Positions 1-13,204 of a DNA stretch of 64,000 nucleotides are shown here, piece after piece. Origin of the DNA: Octopus bimaculoides (taxonomy: Eukaryota); NCBI RefSeq assembly GCF_001194135.2, contig NC_068994.1, positions 59,544,865 through 59,608,864 on the forward strand, written 5' to 3'. The translations under genes were made by a program, and so were the position numbers. Position 1 is the first letter of the stretch, and every line of letters starts with the position of its first letter. The notes under the pieces were generated by a model. The model worked only from the letters and a program-made list of their open reading frames with translations. It was not told the origin of the DNA and searched no databases.

Positions 1-805
1 CATTGTCACACAATTCTGATATTACAGCATTTAACAATGTTTAACGTCAAAGACGCTATATTCATACACCCACCCGAACACCCAACCAATCACCGCCTTT
101 CCACCGCCCACATAAGTTTGATTTATCAATTATTGGCCTATTAATAGTGTTTTGTTTCGGTGCTTCATGGTGCTACTATACAATATATATATATATATGT
201 ATATAATTGATTTTAGTACTGTTATAGATAGCTGTAAAAACCTTGTATTTGTATATCGATTGATTTTAATTAGCACTGTTATAGATAATTGCATTTATAT
301 ACAATGTATGTACACACACAAACACACACACACACACTATATACAATACAATGTCATCATAATTTAACATCCATTTTCGATGCTGGACTTTGTATTGTTA
401 TGCTTGAGGTGCATATCATGAAAACTCTGCCAGAAAAGTTTCGTGCTGGGATGTCATTAGTATCTCAATAAGCTTTTAAACTGTTCCTGGTGTCGCTGCT
501 AATAAGTCCGCCGATGGCTTGAGTAAATCGGAGAAATCTTTCAGCATATTTTAACGCATTCTCCATTGCTAGTTTCATAGATTAATTACGAGAGCATTTA
601 TAGCCTTTTGCTTCAATGCCATACTTTAGAATATTCCTATAAATTTTTGCTTACGATGTTTGTAAGCAGACAGATATAAATGTCTTGTCTTTATATCCAC
701 CGTCTTTGTGGAAAAGCAAATAGGGATTAGCTGGACAATCTTGTGTTGAATTTCATTAGCAACTGAGAACCATCAAATCATTTCTCACTCTCTGTAAATA
801 CAACC

Positions 806-845
<40 letters not shown>

Positions 846-1442
846 AATATATATATACATATATGCATACATACATACATACTTACATATATATATATAT
901 ATTCGAGCACCAAGTTATGGATTTTCGCTAAGTGCAGACACTTTGAGAAGCATCTAATGCGTAAATGGGCGATTACGTATCTGATAGATGATTCCAAAAG
1001 ACACACCACGCAATGTCATGAATATATGTTAATACAAGCATGTATTTTACTTCTCTTATTTTTCGCTTCTCTTAGTTGTAAATTCTCTTTGTTCCTTTCT
1101 TTCCCGAACCCTGGTTTCTCTTGTTATAGAAAGCATTTGCCACTCTTAAGTCCTTAAACACAATTTTCCCTTTTTGTCCTAATTTCTTTCTATTTTTGTT
1201 CTGTTTCGGTTTATTAAATGTAATAACTCTTTGAGATTCATATTCTTCAAAGGAGAAAGAATTAATTCCAGCCATCCAAGAGGTAGAGTTATGCTTCTTA
1301 GCAGAAGCAAGAGCAGCGCCGTTGTGTCTTTTTTTCTTTCAAAATCCCACTGAGAATGATCTGACGATTGCACTTAAGACAGGAAACTTTTACTGTTAGT
1401 AAGCCTCAGGGAAATTCTATAGTTCGTATTACATTACAGACC

Positions 1443-1543
<101 letters not shown>

Positions 1544-2091
1544 GCACATGCACAAACAGACAGACATACAAACAGACAGACACAGACACACACACATACA
1601 CGTGTGTGCATGTGCTTGTGTGCATGTGTGCATGTGTGTGTGTGTGTGTGTGTGTGTGTGAAGTTTATTAAAGTATAATATAGTCACCTGTCAACGTCAT
1701 ATCCGTGACTGTGGTACTGAAGCCCTGATAAAGTGCAGAGCGTGTAATGTCCTTGCAGAAGAGATTGACAGAAACGTAATAAAACAATTTGACATTAATT
1801 CTCCGGAAAACCGAAATTGCTTTGGTTTTAACTCGGCTAAAAAAATGTAATTATGTAATATCGAGCACGACTAAAGTGTTCCACTTAGAAATTTTTTGGA
1901 ATTAGGTTAGTCGTTTCCGAGTTTGTTGTAAAACTAACATTTCTAGATTATTATGTAAGCAGTTAGTTACAAGATCAAATATACTTTTAAGCATTTCTAT
2001 AACTAAAATTCTACAATCAAAGGCACAAAAGTTGTAGATTCCGTTGAGAATCAATGTTTTGGATTTTGGATGTAAAACAAATGTGAAATGT

Positions 2092-2161
2092 GTTGGTGTA
2101 CCGAGAAGAGAGGAAAGATGGAATGAGTTGGTGTACCGAGAAGAGAGGAAAGATGGAATGA
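2092..2161. repeat. Perfect 35-bp tandem duplication
   Basis: gttggtgtaccgagaagagaggaaagatggaatga x2. Confidence 0.95.
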
Positions 2162-2866
2162 GTTGAGGAATGCTTTGTCATAAATGATATTTTCCTTCTG
2201 AGTCAGACCGTCACATAATTTTTTAATGTGTTCGAATTTTAGCAGCAGTCTCGCATATCCTATGCGAGAGGTAAGCAGCTATCGTTTGGCTCCGGGTCAG
2301 TCCTAAAATAAAGTACATGAAGCTGAAAGGCAATCTAGCCATGACCAGCTCGTTTTTGCTTTCTTCAATCAGTCAATGTGATTGCATTTTGTGATAGACT
2401 ATAATAGTTTTATGGTAGCAATATGATGTAGTACCTCTTGGTGCTACAACTTTTGGTCGTATGTTGCAGGAGTACCTAGCGGTAGTATGTAAGCGGTAGT
2501 ATGTAAGCGGTGGTGTTCTTTGCAAATATTTTGTGTTAGTATATTTTTATGTGCTCCATATAATAGTGTATCGTGAAAGTAATTTGTTTGAAATGTTACA
2601 GGAATACGTCTACGTACATTCGAATGTAGTTATTTGGGTAGAATCTCTCAGCAGTTATTTCTGAGACTGCGATAGATTGTATTTCGTATCATTGTATTGT
2701 ATTATGGTACCTTATGGTAAGTCTTCAGGCTGGCTGTTGTGAAGTATCCTTTGGTATTACATTGTGGAAATAATATCTCATAGCGTTACATTGTTGTTGT
2801 ACTGTGCGTGTGCACATTTGGTAGTACCTTGTGGTAGTATCCTGTGGTAGAATCTTGTGTTGGCAA

Positions 2867-2935
2867 CTTGCAGTGGTACCTTGCAGTGGTACCTTGCAGT
2901 GGTACCTTGCAGTGGTACCTTGCAGTGGTACCTTG
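2867..2935. repeat. 13-bp minisatellite (cttgcagtggtac) x5
   Basis: Five perfect units, with degenerate units in the flanks. Confidence 0.95.
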
Positions 2936-3221
2936 AGGTAGACGTTACAGTTGTTATTTGTGGTGGTATCTTCTAGAATTATTATGAAGTAGTATCCACG
3001 TAATTGACTGATAGACACTAAATGGTAGCAGACTTTCCAATACTGGAGCTTTACCTTGCAGTAACGGTCACATTAATATCTATGTATACATCCAAGTTGA
3101 TGTCTATGTTTGAACACCTGTATACATACATATATACATACGTGTGTGTGTGCGTGTGTGTGTGCGTATGCTGATGTATTTTGTGTAGGCATAAGAAATG
3201 TTGTGATTAAATGTCTATTCA

Positions 3222-3227
3222 TTTATT
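3222..3227 (-). terminator. Candidate polyadenylation signal (AATAAA) of the Ly6 gene
   Basis: AATAAA on the minus strand ~55 nt after the stop codon. Common in AT-rich DNA and unverified. Confidence 0.3.
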
Positions 3228-3282
3228 CATTTCAGATAATAAAACCGAGGTTCACAAATTTACCGAGAAGAGACCCCTCTCC

Positions 3283-3545
3283 TTAGACTATGGATGCCAA
3301 CAGCATAGAAAGGAGGCTGCAGAGGGCAAGTAATGTGTAGAAAATCTGTGGTGGCTGGTGTAAAGGGCTGGCAACATTACAGCCATCATAGTCACAGGCC
3401 AAGACGCAGCCACGATACATCTTGTTGTTATACTTCATGGCGCGAACCCAGCCGCAATGGCTTTGTCTGCCGATTTCCGATTCCGATGTCGTCCCACCGT
3501 TGTCCACGACACAGTTGCGCACCACAATGTGGTAACCGGTTTCAT
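3283..3545 (-). CDS. Ly6/three-finger gene, coding exon 3 of 3 (LU C-terminus and GPI signal)
   Basis: Acceptor ctaattacag| (T+AT=Tyr). Encodes YETGYHIVVRNCVVDNGGTTSESEIGRQSHCGWVRAMKYNNKMYRGCVLACDYDGCNVASPLHQPPQIFYTLLALCSLLSMLLASIV*. Total CDS is 501 nt = 166 aa, with 10 Cys in the mature domain ending CxxxxCN, followed by a small-residue omega region and hydrophobic tail. Confidence 0.95.
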
Positions 3546-3602
3546 CTGTAATTAGAGATGAAGGAGTGATGATAGATAAACAGAGAGAGAGTGAGTGAGA
3601 GA

Positions 3603-3642
<40 letters not shown>

Positions 3643-4110
3643 CGAAAACAGAGAAAGAGGGAAAGAGAGAGAGCGAGAGTGAAGGTGAGGGAGAGAGAGG
3701 TGAGAATGAAAAACTGAGAAAATAGTACGAATGTATATTTATGTGTGCATGCATGATTTTGTCAATGTACGTATGCGCATGTGTTTATGTATGTATGTAC
3801 CTAGTATGTGTGTATGTACGTACGTACGTATGTACGTAGTATGTATGTATGTACGTACGTACGTACGTATGTATGTGTGTGTGTGTATGTATACATGTGC
3901 GCATGTATACATGTGTGCATGTGCTTATGCATGTATGCATGTATGTGTGTATGTGTTTATGTTTGTATGTGTGTATATATGTGTGTGTTTATGAATGCAT
4001 GCATAAGTACGAGTATGTACATGTATTGCCTAATTATATTTGTATCCATGTGTGTGCATGTGTATGCGTGCGCGTGCGCCTGTGTGTGTGTGTGTTTGCA
4101 CGTTACTTAC

Positions 4111-4284
4111 AGTCAGTAGCCACCACTTTGATGCACTGGGTGGCTGGGTAGACTCCGATTCGATTGCGGTGGCTCGACCAACATTTGGAATGGTAGAAGC
4201 GATTGTTTCGGTTGTGGAATGGATCTTCACATTCTGGGTTGCTGTGGTTGAAGGACGAACAGACAAAACAGCCAACCGAACGAA
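4111..4284 (-). CDS. Ly6/three-finger gene, coding exon 2 of 3
   Basis: Acceptor tttccatacag| and donor |gtaagt; 174 nt, phase 1 to 1. Encodes VRSVGCFVCSSFNHSNPECEDPFHNRNNRFYHSKCWSSHRNRIGVYPATQCIKVVATD: the CxxC...CxDPF...C...PAxxCIK pattern of invertebrate QVR/Ly6 proteins. Confidence 0.93.
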
Positions 4285-4368
4285 CTGTATGGAAACGGGA
4301 GAAAAACAATCAGCTGAAGTGCAGAAGAACAGAGAAGACATACATACATACATACATACATACATACA

Positions 4369-4402
<34 letters not shown>

Positions 4403-4440
4403 CATGCATGCATATATACATACATACATGCATGCATACT

Positions 4441-4610
4441 TAAACCTCCAGTTTCTATATCCAGGTTATAAATTCCTATTTATACCAGTAATAATTTGTG
4501 CACTTGGTTTTGTGAGTAAATGCCTAAGAGACAATCCGACCAACTCACACATCGCAATTTGTAAGTGGAACAATAAAAGTATGCAATACTTTCTTCAAGT
4601 TTAAAACGTG
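4441..4610 (+). mobile_element. R4/Dong-like (RLE-type) non-LTR retrotransposon, extreme C-terminal remnant
   Basis: NLQFLYPGYKFLFIPVIICALGFVSKCL then, after a frameshift, SGTIKVCNTFFKFKT*: typical end of RLE-clade ORFs. Confidence 0.65.
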
Positions 4611-4799
4611 ACATTGTTTTTGTCATCTACATTTCAACGATGGACTTCTGTATGTTTGTTAGAAAGAAGCTCCTTCCTCAGAGAAAAGATTTAAATAATT
4701 AAAAACAGAAGACAACATACATATATAGATGATGTTATTGCTAAAATAATATACAATGCCATCCACAGAAAAGACCGGCTAGGGATGGGTATACATCTC

Positions 4800-4960
4800 T
4801 GCTAGTCAATGTATACAAACTTATCGGCACAAGGGGCATTGGCGGAACATCTCCATCAAAATTCCGACAAAGTGCAAACGCAACAGGCTGACTCTCATTA
4901 TTTGGGATAAAAAATACTGCCCCAATTGCATATACCTGTTTTCTATTGAACCGGGTGGCC
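4800..4960 (+). mobile_element. R4/Dong-like RLE endonuclease remnant
   Basis: HWRNISIKIPTKCKRNRLTLIIWDKKYC resembles the W..SIKT..K.KHN(R)PDIIIWD motif of RLE domains; decayed. Confidence 0.45.
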
Positions 4961-5226
4961 TTTCGCAACATCAGTGAATGGGTTTTTTTCCACTGTCTCC
5001 GATATTGGAGACAACGAACTCTCGACCGAGCATGTGACTGGCTGCGAGTATGCGCCATTGAAATAGGACCAGGAAGGCCGATATGCATTTGGCACTCCCG
5101 CTAGCTCCAGCTAGGAAGAATTTTCGTCTCTTTCTGAGATTTAAAATGTTTTTAACACAGCATGTTCATAACACGCCATCTCAGGACAAATATTGCAGCA
5201 ATTGGCCGAACGATGGGGCATCTGCG

Positions 5227-5260
<34 letters not shown>

Positions 5261-6270
5261 TTACAATTGATTTTAGCATAACTAATGTGTAGTGAATAAC
5301 CTCATAGATTCTTAATCAAGATTCGAAACCTAACCTATATATTTCTTCGAGTTCTTTTCTATTGTTGTCGGTTTTTGTAGAAACTCATGAAAGTCAACAG
5401 TCACGCTTAATTAAGTTCCATTGTTTAAGTGACCATTCTTAGGTTAAATACGGTTCAGACAAGAAAATAGATGAAAAATCATTTGTTCAGCCTGACCTAA
5501 CTTAGAAAAAAGCATAAATACAGAACCCCAAATCATTTTAGGCCTTTCACCGTGCACAAAGAGCCCACCAAAGAGCACATCTGTATTGCTCCTTTCACTT
5601 ATGGATTGTCACCGTGTGACTATACTTGACCCTGCTCGTCAACTCAGCGGGTTAAACCCTTGTTACTCTTTTTCTCTCTCTCTCTCTCTTTCTTCCATCC
5701 GTCTTCTAGCAGTAAAAAAAACGATGAATTTAACTACATACAAACTAGACAACAAGACTGCAAATAATCTGTGTACAACAACCCGAAAAAGTTGTATTTT
5801 ACTTTCTAACAATAAAATAAAAATGCTCTTCTCGACGAACTATTTTTCTTCCTCTCATTTATTTGTCACATTTAAATTTACATATATTATTCATACAGCA
5901 GATGGTGGCTACATTTAAAAACAGCAGCAACACAACAACAACAACAACGGCGATCACGACGACAACAACAACAACAACAACAGTAATTGTAATTATGTTA
6001 ATTCCACTGCCATCTCAATATCGAGTAGGTTGATGACAACAACGATTAATAACGTCATGCAACCACCCTGCAGACGACCACCACCACCACCACCACAACA
6101 ACAACAACATCAAGTGATGCCGGACGTAGTTCCTTCCTATTTCAAAGGGTTACCACTTGATAACCGCAGACATTTTCTTTCGCAAAGTCCTTATTTTGTT
6201 CTCTGTATTTAGGTTTAGTCTTCGTGTAAAAATATATTACCGTTTTTATTTTGGTTTGGCCCAGTTTCAC

Positions 6271-6339
<69 letters not shown>

Positions 6340-6439
6340 TTATTCATTATTCATTATTCATGGAGGAGTAATGAAAAATATCAGCGAGCGATTAGTGAAT
6401 AGTTCACTACTTCATTATAAAGTTCCACATGCTGCTCTG

Positions 6440-6653
<214 letters not shown>

Positions 6654-6706
6654 GTGATGGTGATGATGATGGTGATGATGATGATGACGACGATGATAAC
6701 GATGAC

Positions 6707-6761
<55 letters not shown>

Positions 6762-6762
6762 T

Positions 6763-7750
6763 TCTTGGATAATGGAATGTATGAACCTTTTTGGTATTGC
6801 ATCGAATGTTGAGTGATTGCTTGGAAAAAGTATGGCGAAGTGGAGGACGGAATAGACAGAATATGGAAGAAGATTAGGGACAATAGAAATCAGGGGAGGC
6901 ATCTTCCAGGGGACTGCCTGTCCCCACCGATCTTTGTGCTGTGCATGATAGCACTAACACTGATACCGAGGACAGCAAAAGCTGGGGATGCATTCGAAAG
7001 CCGCCAACAAAGAGTCGGCCATTTGTTAGTCATGGATGACTTCAAACTTCATGGTAAAGACGAAGCCCAAGTCAGTCCCCTCGTTGATACGGTGAATACC
7101 TTCAGTGCTGATATCAGAATGGAGTTCGGACTGAGAGAGTGTGGTGTGTTAGTCTTGAAGAGAGGCAAAATCAAATGCATGGACGGACTAACGATACCGT
7201 CGGGGGAGTTTATGAAGCAGATAGAAGAGACGGGCTATAAGTACTTGGGGATTTTGGAAATGGATAAATTGATGGAGAAGGAAATGACGGAAAAACTTAA
7301 GGTGGAGTACTTGCGCAGACTGAGACTGATCCTTAAGTCGAAATTAAACGGACGGAATAAGATGGAAGCTATCAACACCTGGGCGGTTTCACTCCTTAGA
7401 TATGGAGCAGGGATAATCGCATGGACAGTAGACGAACTAAACAGCTTAGACAGAAAGACAAGGAAGTTGCTGACTAGATACGGGCCACTTCCCCCCAAAA
7501 GTGACACAGACAGACTGTAGGTACCAAGAAAAAGAGGGGGAAGAGGACTTATTGGATGCGAACACAGCATTAGAGCAGAAGAAAACAACATAGCATGGTA
7601 TGTAAAAAATGTCACTGAACCGCTGTTACTAGAAGTAAGAAGGTCAGGCTTTGTAGGATGGAAGATTGCAAAGGTAAAGCACTGCACGAGGAATTGAAAA
7701 CGAATAAAACTGAAAATAGGTGGGTAAAGAAAAGAATGCATGGTCAATTA
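6763..7750 (+). mobile_element. R4/Dong-clade non-LTR retrotransposon, truncated RT/thumb (pseudogenised)
   Basis: SWIMECMNLFGIA...GIFQG/DCLSPPIFVLCMIALT...HLLVMDDFKLHGK...MEFGLRECGVL..KRGK...YKYLGI...LKSKLNGRNKMEAINTWAVSLLRY...VPRKRGGRGL...MHGQ; stops and frameshifts; begins right at an (AAT)n run. Confidence 0.92.
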
Positions 7751-8763
7751 ATTTTAATGTATTAATTGAATTATATTTCGTATATAATTATTTACAATAT
7801 GTATTTTGAATCCACTCTTCGATTTAAGGTTTTNNNNNNNNNNNNNNNNNNNNNNNNNNNNNNNNNNNNNNNNNNNNNNNNNNNNNNNNNNNNNNNNNNN
7901 NNNNNNNNNNNNNNNNNNNNNNNNNNNNNNNNNNNNNNNNNNNNNNNNNNNNNNNNNNNNNNNNNNNNNNNNNNNNNNNNNNNNNNNNNNNNNNNNNNNN
8001 NNNNNNNNNNNNNNNNNNNNNNNNNNNNNNNNNNNNNNNNNNNNNNNNNNNNNNNNNNNNNNNNNNNNNNNNNNNNNNNNNNNNNNNNNNNNNNNNNNNN
8101 NNNNNNNNNNNNNNNNNNNNNNNNNNNNNNNNNNNNNNNNNNNNNNNNNNNNNNNNNNNNNNNNNNNNNNNNNNNNNNNNNNNNNNNNNNNNNNNNNNNN
8201 NNNNNNNNNNNNNNNNNNNNNNNNNNNNNNNNNNNNNNNNNNNNNTATATATATATATATACTATATATATTATGCATGTATGTAGATTTGAATATGTAT
8301 GTACAAGATGTATGTAGTGATAAAAAGTAGAGAGAGAGAGTTGGAGAGAGTGATTTATCCACGATAGAAAGACAGACAGACAGACAGAGAAAACAAAGTG
8401 GAGATGATACGGGTGAAGGTGGAACTGTGGTGGTGGTGGTGGTTGTGGTAGGGGTGGTAGAAAATTAAGGAAAGAATAACGATGACGTCCATTACAACAC
8501 CAATGATGATAATGACAATGATGTTGATGATGATGACGATAGTGATGGTAGTGGTGGCGGCGGCGGCGGTGGTGGTGATGACGTCACAGGTGAAGGGAAC
8601 ACAGAACACCAAGTGTTCAGGAAGGGTCAGGGTGGCTGGGAGTCATGCGGTTACAACAGTAACAAAAATAACTTCTTAGGGGTCGCTTACGTCGTTGGCG
8701 ATCGTCGGCACCTGGAAAAGTGAACTGGTCTGGTTATTAGACTGATGATGATGATGGTGATGG

Positions 8764-8818
<55 letters not shown>

Positions 8819-9785
8819 ATTAATTATAATTCCGATCTTGCTGCTGCTGTTGCTGCTGATAGTGATGATGATGAAAAGGGTTGAAGTAGTTGTGATGGTG
8901 GCGGCGGCTTCGGCGGCGGCGGCACATAACGGAGAATACCTTTGCACTGCTAAGACGTGACATTGTTCTGTGGTGAATGGTCGAGCAAGGATTGGCTGTA
9001 GTAGTAGTAGTAGTAGTAGTGTTGGTGGTAGTGCTGACTGTAATAGTGGTGGTGGTGGTGGTTGTAATCGTCGCTATAGTAACGATCATGTTGTTTGTGG
9101 GGATCAGCTGGAGGTGGTGGAAGTAACTGTGGTTGTGGTAGGTTGTTGGAAGAAGTTATTGTTGTTGCTGTTGTTGTTGTTGCTGTTGGTAGCGGTGGTG
9201 GTGGTGGTACGGAAGAGATTTCCAAAGCGCGGTTTTTGCTTGAATGGAATTGGTAAGTTTATAAGTTCATCTCTCTTCTAGAGCAGTAGAGTGAAATAAG
9301 GATTGGTGTAAAAGAGGAGGTACCTCTGGTGATGAGGTACTCTTGTGGGAATATCCATCGGGACGATTAAAACCAAGTGGTGAGGTTTACTACGACATTC
9401 AGGTCGTAAACATCAACAGTCGGGGATGTTGGTGGCCGGTATTGACATAGCGGTCGATGATACAGCATGGCTGGCGTAAGCATTGACATACTAAGTATAA
9501 AGACTACGATTACTTGCATCGAGGTGAGGTAAACATTGTGGAACAGTGTTTAACAAAACCAAACAAATGCAAGAGTGGAAAATAAAACGAAAGTTTTGTT
9601 TAGTTAAAACTGAAGATCGGAAATGCAGTGAAATGAAGAATAGTGTGGCGTTTGGCAATCATAGTCACAACTGCGAGTATGTTTCACTCTTATCCTATTT
9701 CAATAGTGCGGCGTAGTCATATCCAAATGCTTTTTAAATAAAAGTTAGTATAACCAAGATAATTTTCATTTCCAGTGAAAGCATT

Positions 9786-10140
9786 CAACGTTTCGGACAG
9801 ATGGCCTTCTTCGGATAGGGAGAATAGCGAAGCCCTATCAGTAAAGTCAAAGGAGTGAGGAAAATAAGGCTAAAGACAGCAAAAGGAAGTTTGAGTAGCC
9901 AGGAGGCTTCGGAAAAATAGGTAATCTTTTGAGAAACAGGTTTAATGAGCGCTTTCTGGATGTTGGGAACCAGACTCTAGGACTCCTCAAATCAAAAGGC
10001 TACAGCATTTGTCGTAAGGTTATATCAGGAACGCTTTATGGTTTATCTTTACTGAGATAGCAACTGTGATATGCCACCTGCTAGAATACTATGACAAGAA
10101 GAAGACACTTGGGAAAAGAGTTGGTGTCCCTATCGAATGT
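9786..10140. mobile_element. Decayed Penelope-like remnant (GIY-YIG piece on +, 3'UTR-like piece on -)
   Basis: Plus: GNLLRNRFNERFLDVGN...GLSLL...RRRHLGKELVSL. Minus at 9786-9815: ccgaagaaggccatctgtccgaaacgttg, resembling a Penelope terminal hammerhead-like motif. Confidence 0.45.
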
Positions 10141-12066
10141 CACTTCCGCTGTACACACTTTATCAAAAATTTGCATATTATGAATTTTAAAGTGTTATCT
10201 GTCGTAAAAAAAAGGGTCATTTTGAGAGTGTACTTTTACCGCCGTGGGTCATATAAAAAAATATGTTATACATACAATCATAATTTAAATTTTACCAGAT
10301 CATTTCGTACTTACACAAAGCGATGAAATGAATACTANNNNNNNNNNNNNNNNNNNNNNNNNNNNNNNNNNNNNNNNNNNNNNNNNNNNNNNNNNNNNNN
10401 NNNNNNNNNNNNNNNNNNNNNNNNNNNNNNNNNNNNNNNNNNNNNNNNNNNNNNNNNNNNNNNNNNNNNNNNNNNNNNNNNNNNNNNNNNNNNNNNNNNN
10501 NNNNNNNNNNNNNNNNNNNNNNNNNNNNNNNNNNNNNNNNNNNNNNNNNNNNNNNNNNNNNNNNNNNNNNNNNNNNNNNNNNNNNNNNNNNNNNNNNNNN
10601 NNNNNNNNNNNNNNNNNNNNNNNNNNNNNNNNNNNNNNNNNNNNNNNNNNNNNNNNNNNNNNNNNNNNNNNNNNNNNNNNNNNNNNNNNNNNNNNNNNNN
10701 NNNNNNNNNNNNNNNNNNNNNNNNNNNNNNNNNNNNNNNNNNNNNNNNNNNNNNNNNNNNNNNNNNNNNNNNNNNNNNNNNNNNNNNNNNNNNNNNNNNN
10801 NNNNNNNNNNNNNNNNNNNNNNNNNNNNNNNNNNNNNNNNNNNNNNNNNNNNNNNNNNNNNNNNNNNNNNNNNNNNNNNNNNNNNNNNNNNNNNNNNNNN
10901 NNNNNNNNNNNNNNNNNNNNNNNNNNNNNNNNNNNNNNNNNNNNNNNNNNNNNNNNNNNNNNNNNNNNNNNNNNNNNNNNNNNNNNNNNNNNNNNNNNNN
11001 NNNNNNNNNNNNNNNNNNNNNNNNNNNNNNNNNNNNNNNNNNNNNNNNNNNNNNNNNNNNNNNNNNNNNNNNNNNNNNNNNNNNNNNNNNNNNNNNNNNN
11101 NNNNNNNNNNNNNNNNNNNNNNNNNNNNNNNNNNNNNNNNNNNNNNNNNNNNNNATTTCCCCCGTTGAAGATAAAATTGTTTAGTTTTCTTTACTGAAAT
11201 TCTACTTAGAGAAACGAATTAACCAGTGCAATACTGTTTTTTTTCTAAATAAAAATCTGAGGAGTCTATTCTTTGTTCGGAGCTGGAAAAACAAATAAGA
11301 AACCAATGAAAATACTTGAGACTCATCTCGGTGATATTCCACCTCCTCAGTCTGGTTTCTTTCACATTTCAAACTGTAATAATGTTTTCTCGTTTACTTT
11401 TCACTTAGTATTATGATTTAGGACGGTACACACTGCGTGCTTTTTGTTGAAAAGTCTCTCAAGGATAGTGACCTCGAGGGTTTTTTTTGAGGTACATTGT
11501 ATATTGGTTACAAATTTGGCACAAAGCTAGCAGTTGTGGTGGTGGTGGTGGGGAGAACGTGTCCGACTGGTACTTCTTTTATCGGCACCGAAAGGATGAA
11601 AGGCAAAATCAACATCGGCGGAATTTGAACTCAGAACGTAAGGACAGATGAAATGCCGTTAAGCATTTTTTCCGGCCTCCCAACGGTTCTGCCAGCCCAC
11701 CGCCCTAGGCACACTGTATACTGTCCCCAGATCACTGTCGAGTGGGGATATGTCCGATCAAAGCGATCTTAATTTCGATCCGAAACTACGTATAATAACT
11801 TTGGTGAATTAATTATTGCTTCTATGTAATTTTATGATAAAATAATTTAGTTTTATAATTCACAGTACAATATGTTCGTACAGAATTCATAACAGCCATA
11901 ACAACAACAGCAGCAACGGCAGCAGCAGCAGCAGCAACAACAGCAACAACAACAACAACAACAGCAACAACAACAACAACAGCAATATTAGCAGCAGAAA
12001 CAGCAACATGGTAAGCAGCAGAAAGGAAATCAGATGATAAAGAGAAAAGTCCGGAGAAACACTCAC

Positions 12067-12130
12067 CTGTTCTTACAGAGAATGTCGCTAAGATAAAGAA
12101 GGTACCGGCCAGCTGGAGTAGAGGAGGCAT
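12067..12130 (-). CDS. Ly6/three-finger (quiver/sleepless-like) gene, coding exon 1 of 3 (signal peptide)
   Basis: ATG..ACA G|GTGAGT encodes MPPLLQLAGTFFILATFSVRT, a hydrophobic signal peptide. The donor is canonical and phase 1, and joins in frame to 4284 (G+TT=Val). It is the best signal-peptide exon I found upstream; the intron is 7.8 kb. Confidence 0.8.
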
Positions 12131-12207
12131 TATTCACAGATGATTATAACACTTCACGTTCAAGTGTCAAGTGTTGTGTTCTCTTCGGGTTTGGGACCAT
12201 TAGAGCC

Positions 12208-12267
<60 letters not shown>

Positions 12268-12543
12268 CATAGTCAAGACGAAGAGCGCGATTCGATTGGA
12301 AGATATTTTATTAGTTGAATGATATTTCAAGAGTAAGTCTGTCTTTGTCAAGTTCAAAATAAGAAGTGATAGAAATTCCAAATTACAGAAATTTAAACGT
12401 AAAGTATGAACGAGAGCAACCAGCGTCCAGACGTTGATGGAATGACATCCTCAGTTTTTAAGTTACAATTTTATAAAAGGCGAAAAGAAAAAGACGGAGA
12501 AAATAGAAAAAAGAAGACGACAGAAAAAAAGGAAAGAAAAAGA

Positions 12544-13165
12544 GAGAAAGAAGAATATTTAATCAAGCAGTTTTGTATAAATTTGATGATATTCTCCTGT
12601 CATCTTATTCATTCCTCCTGGGCGTGATGTTAATAACCCGCAAACATATTTCTCCTCATACATTCTGAGAAGTGAAAGTGAATCAGATTCAGAATATTTT
12701 CTGAGAATATGCACTTTCAAGTCTTCTTCAAAATTGCAGCCGCTTGAAACGAAATGTTCAGCAAGTTCTGTTGAACCACTGTTCTTGTACCTGACGTCGA
12801 ATCTGTGCTCATTAAACCTTTTGTTTAATTGTTCTGTTGTACAACCAACATAAGTTGTGTTTCGTGCATTCTGCAGCGTACACCAAATGGGAATCTTTGC
12901 ATGTTCCACCTTCTGTATAAATCATAACATTTCTGTTATGATTTCTGATGGAATTCACTTCCCTCATGTTGTTGCACAATGAATAGGTCTTACCTCTTTT
13001 GCGGCTGTTCTTTAAGGTACAGCGTGCAGATACTCCAATATTCGTTTTCTTGGAGTCAGATATACAGGTCAATAATTCTCTTATATTCTTATTCCGTCTA
13101 AAGGCTACGATAGGCGGCTGAGGAAATATCTGTTTGAAACGAGGATATTTTTTTTCGCCACATGC
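12544..13165 (-). mobile_element. Penelope-like element, linker + GIY-YIG endonuclease + 3' end (inverted arm)
   Basis: FPQPPIVAFRRNKNIRELL...CSLCNNM...TCKDSHLVYAAECTKHN/YVGCTTEQLNKRFNEHRFD...LAEHF...GLLTSRPGGMN; frameshifted. Confidence 0.9.
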
Positions 13166-13204
13166 TGGTAACTTTCATGCAACACTTTTGAAATGCCAAC
13201 GAAA

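Noticed and set aside
4741-5088. 115-aa minus-strand ORF in Ly6 intron 1 as an extra exon
   Set aside because: The opposite strand matches an RLE retrotransposon motif, and the Ly6 model is complete without it.
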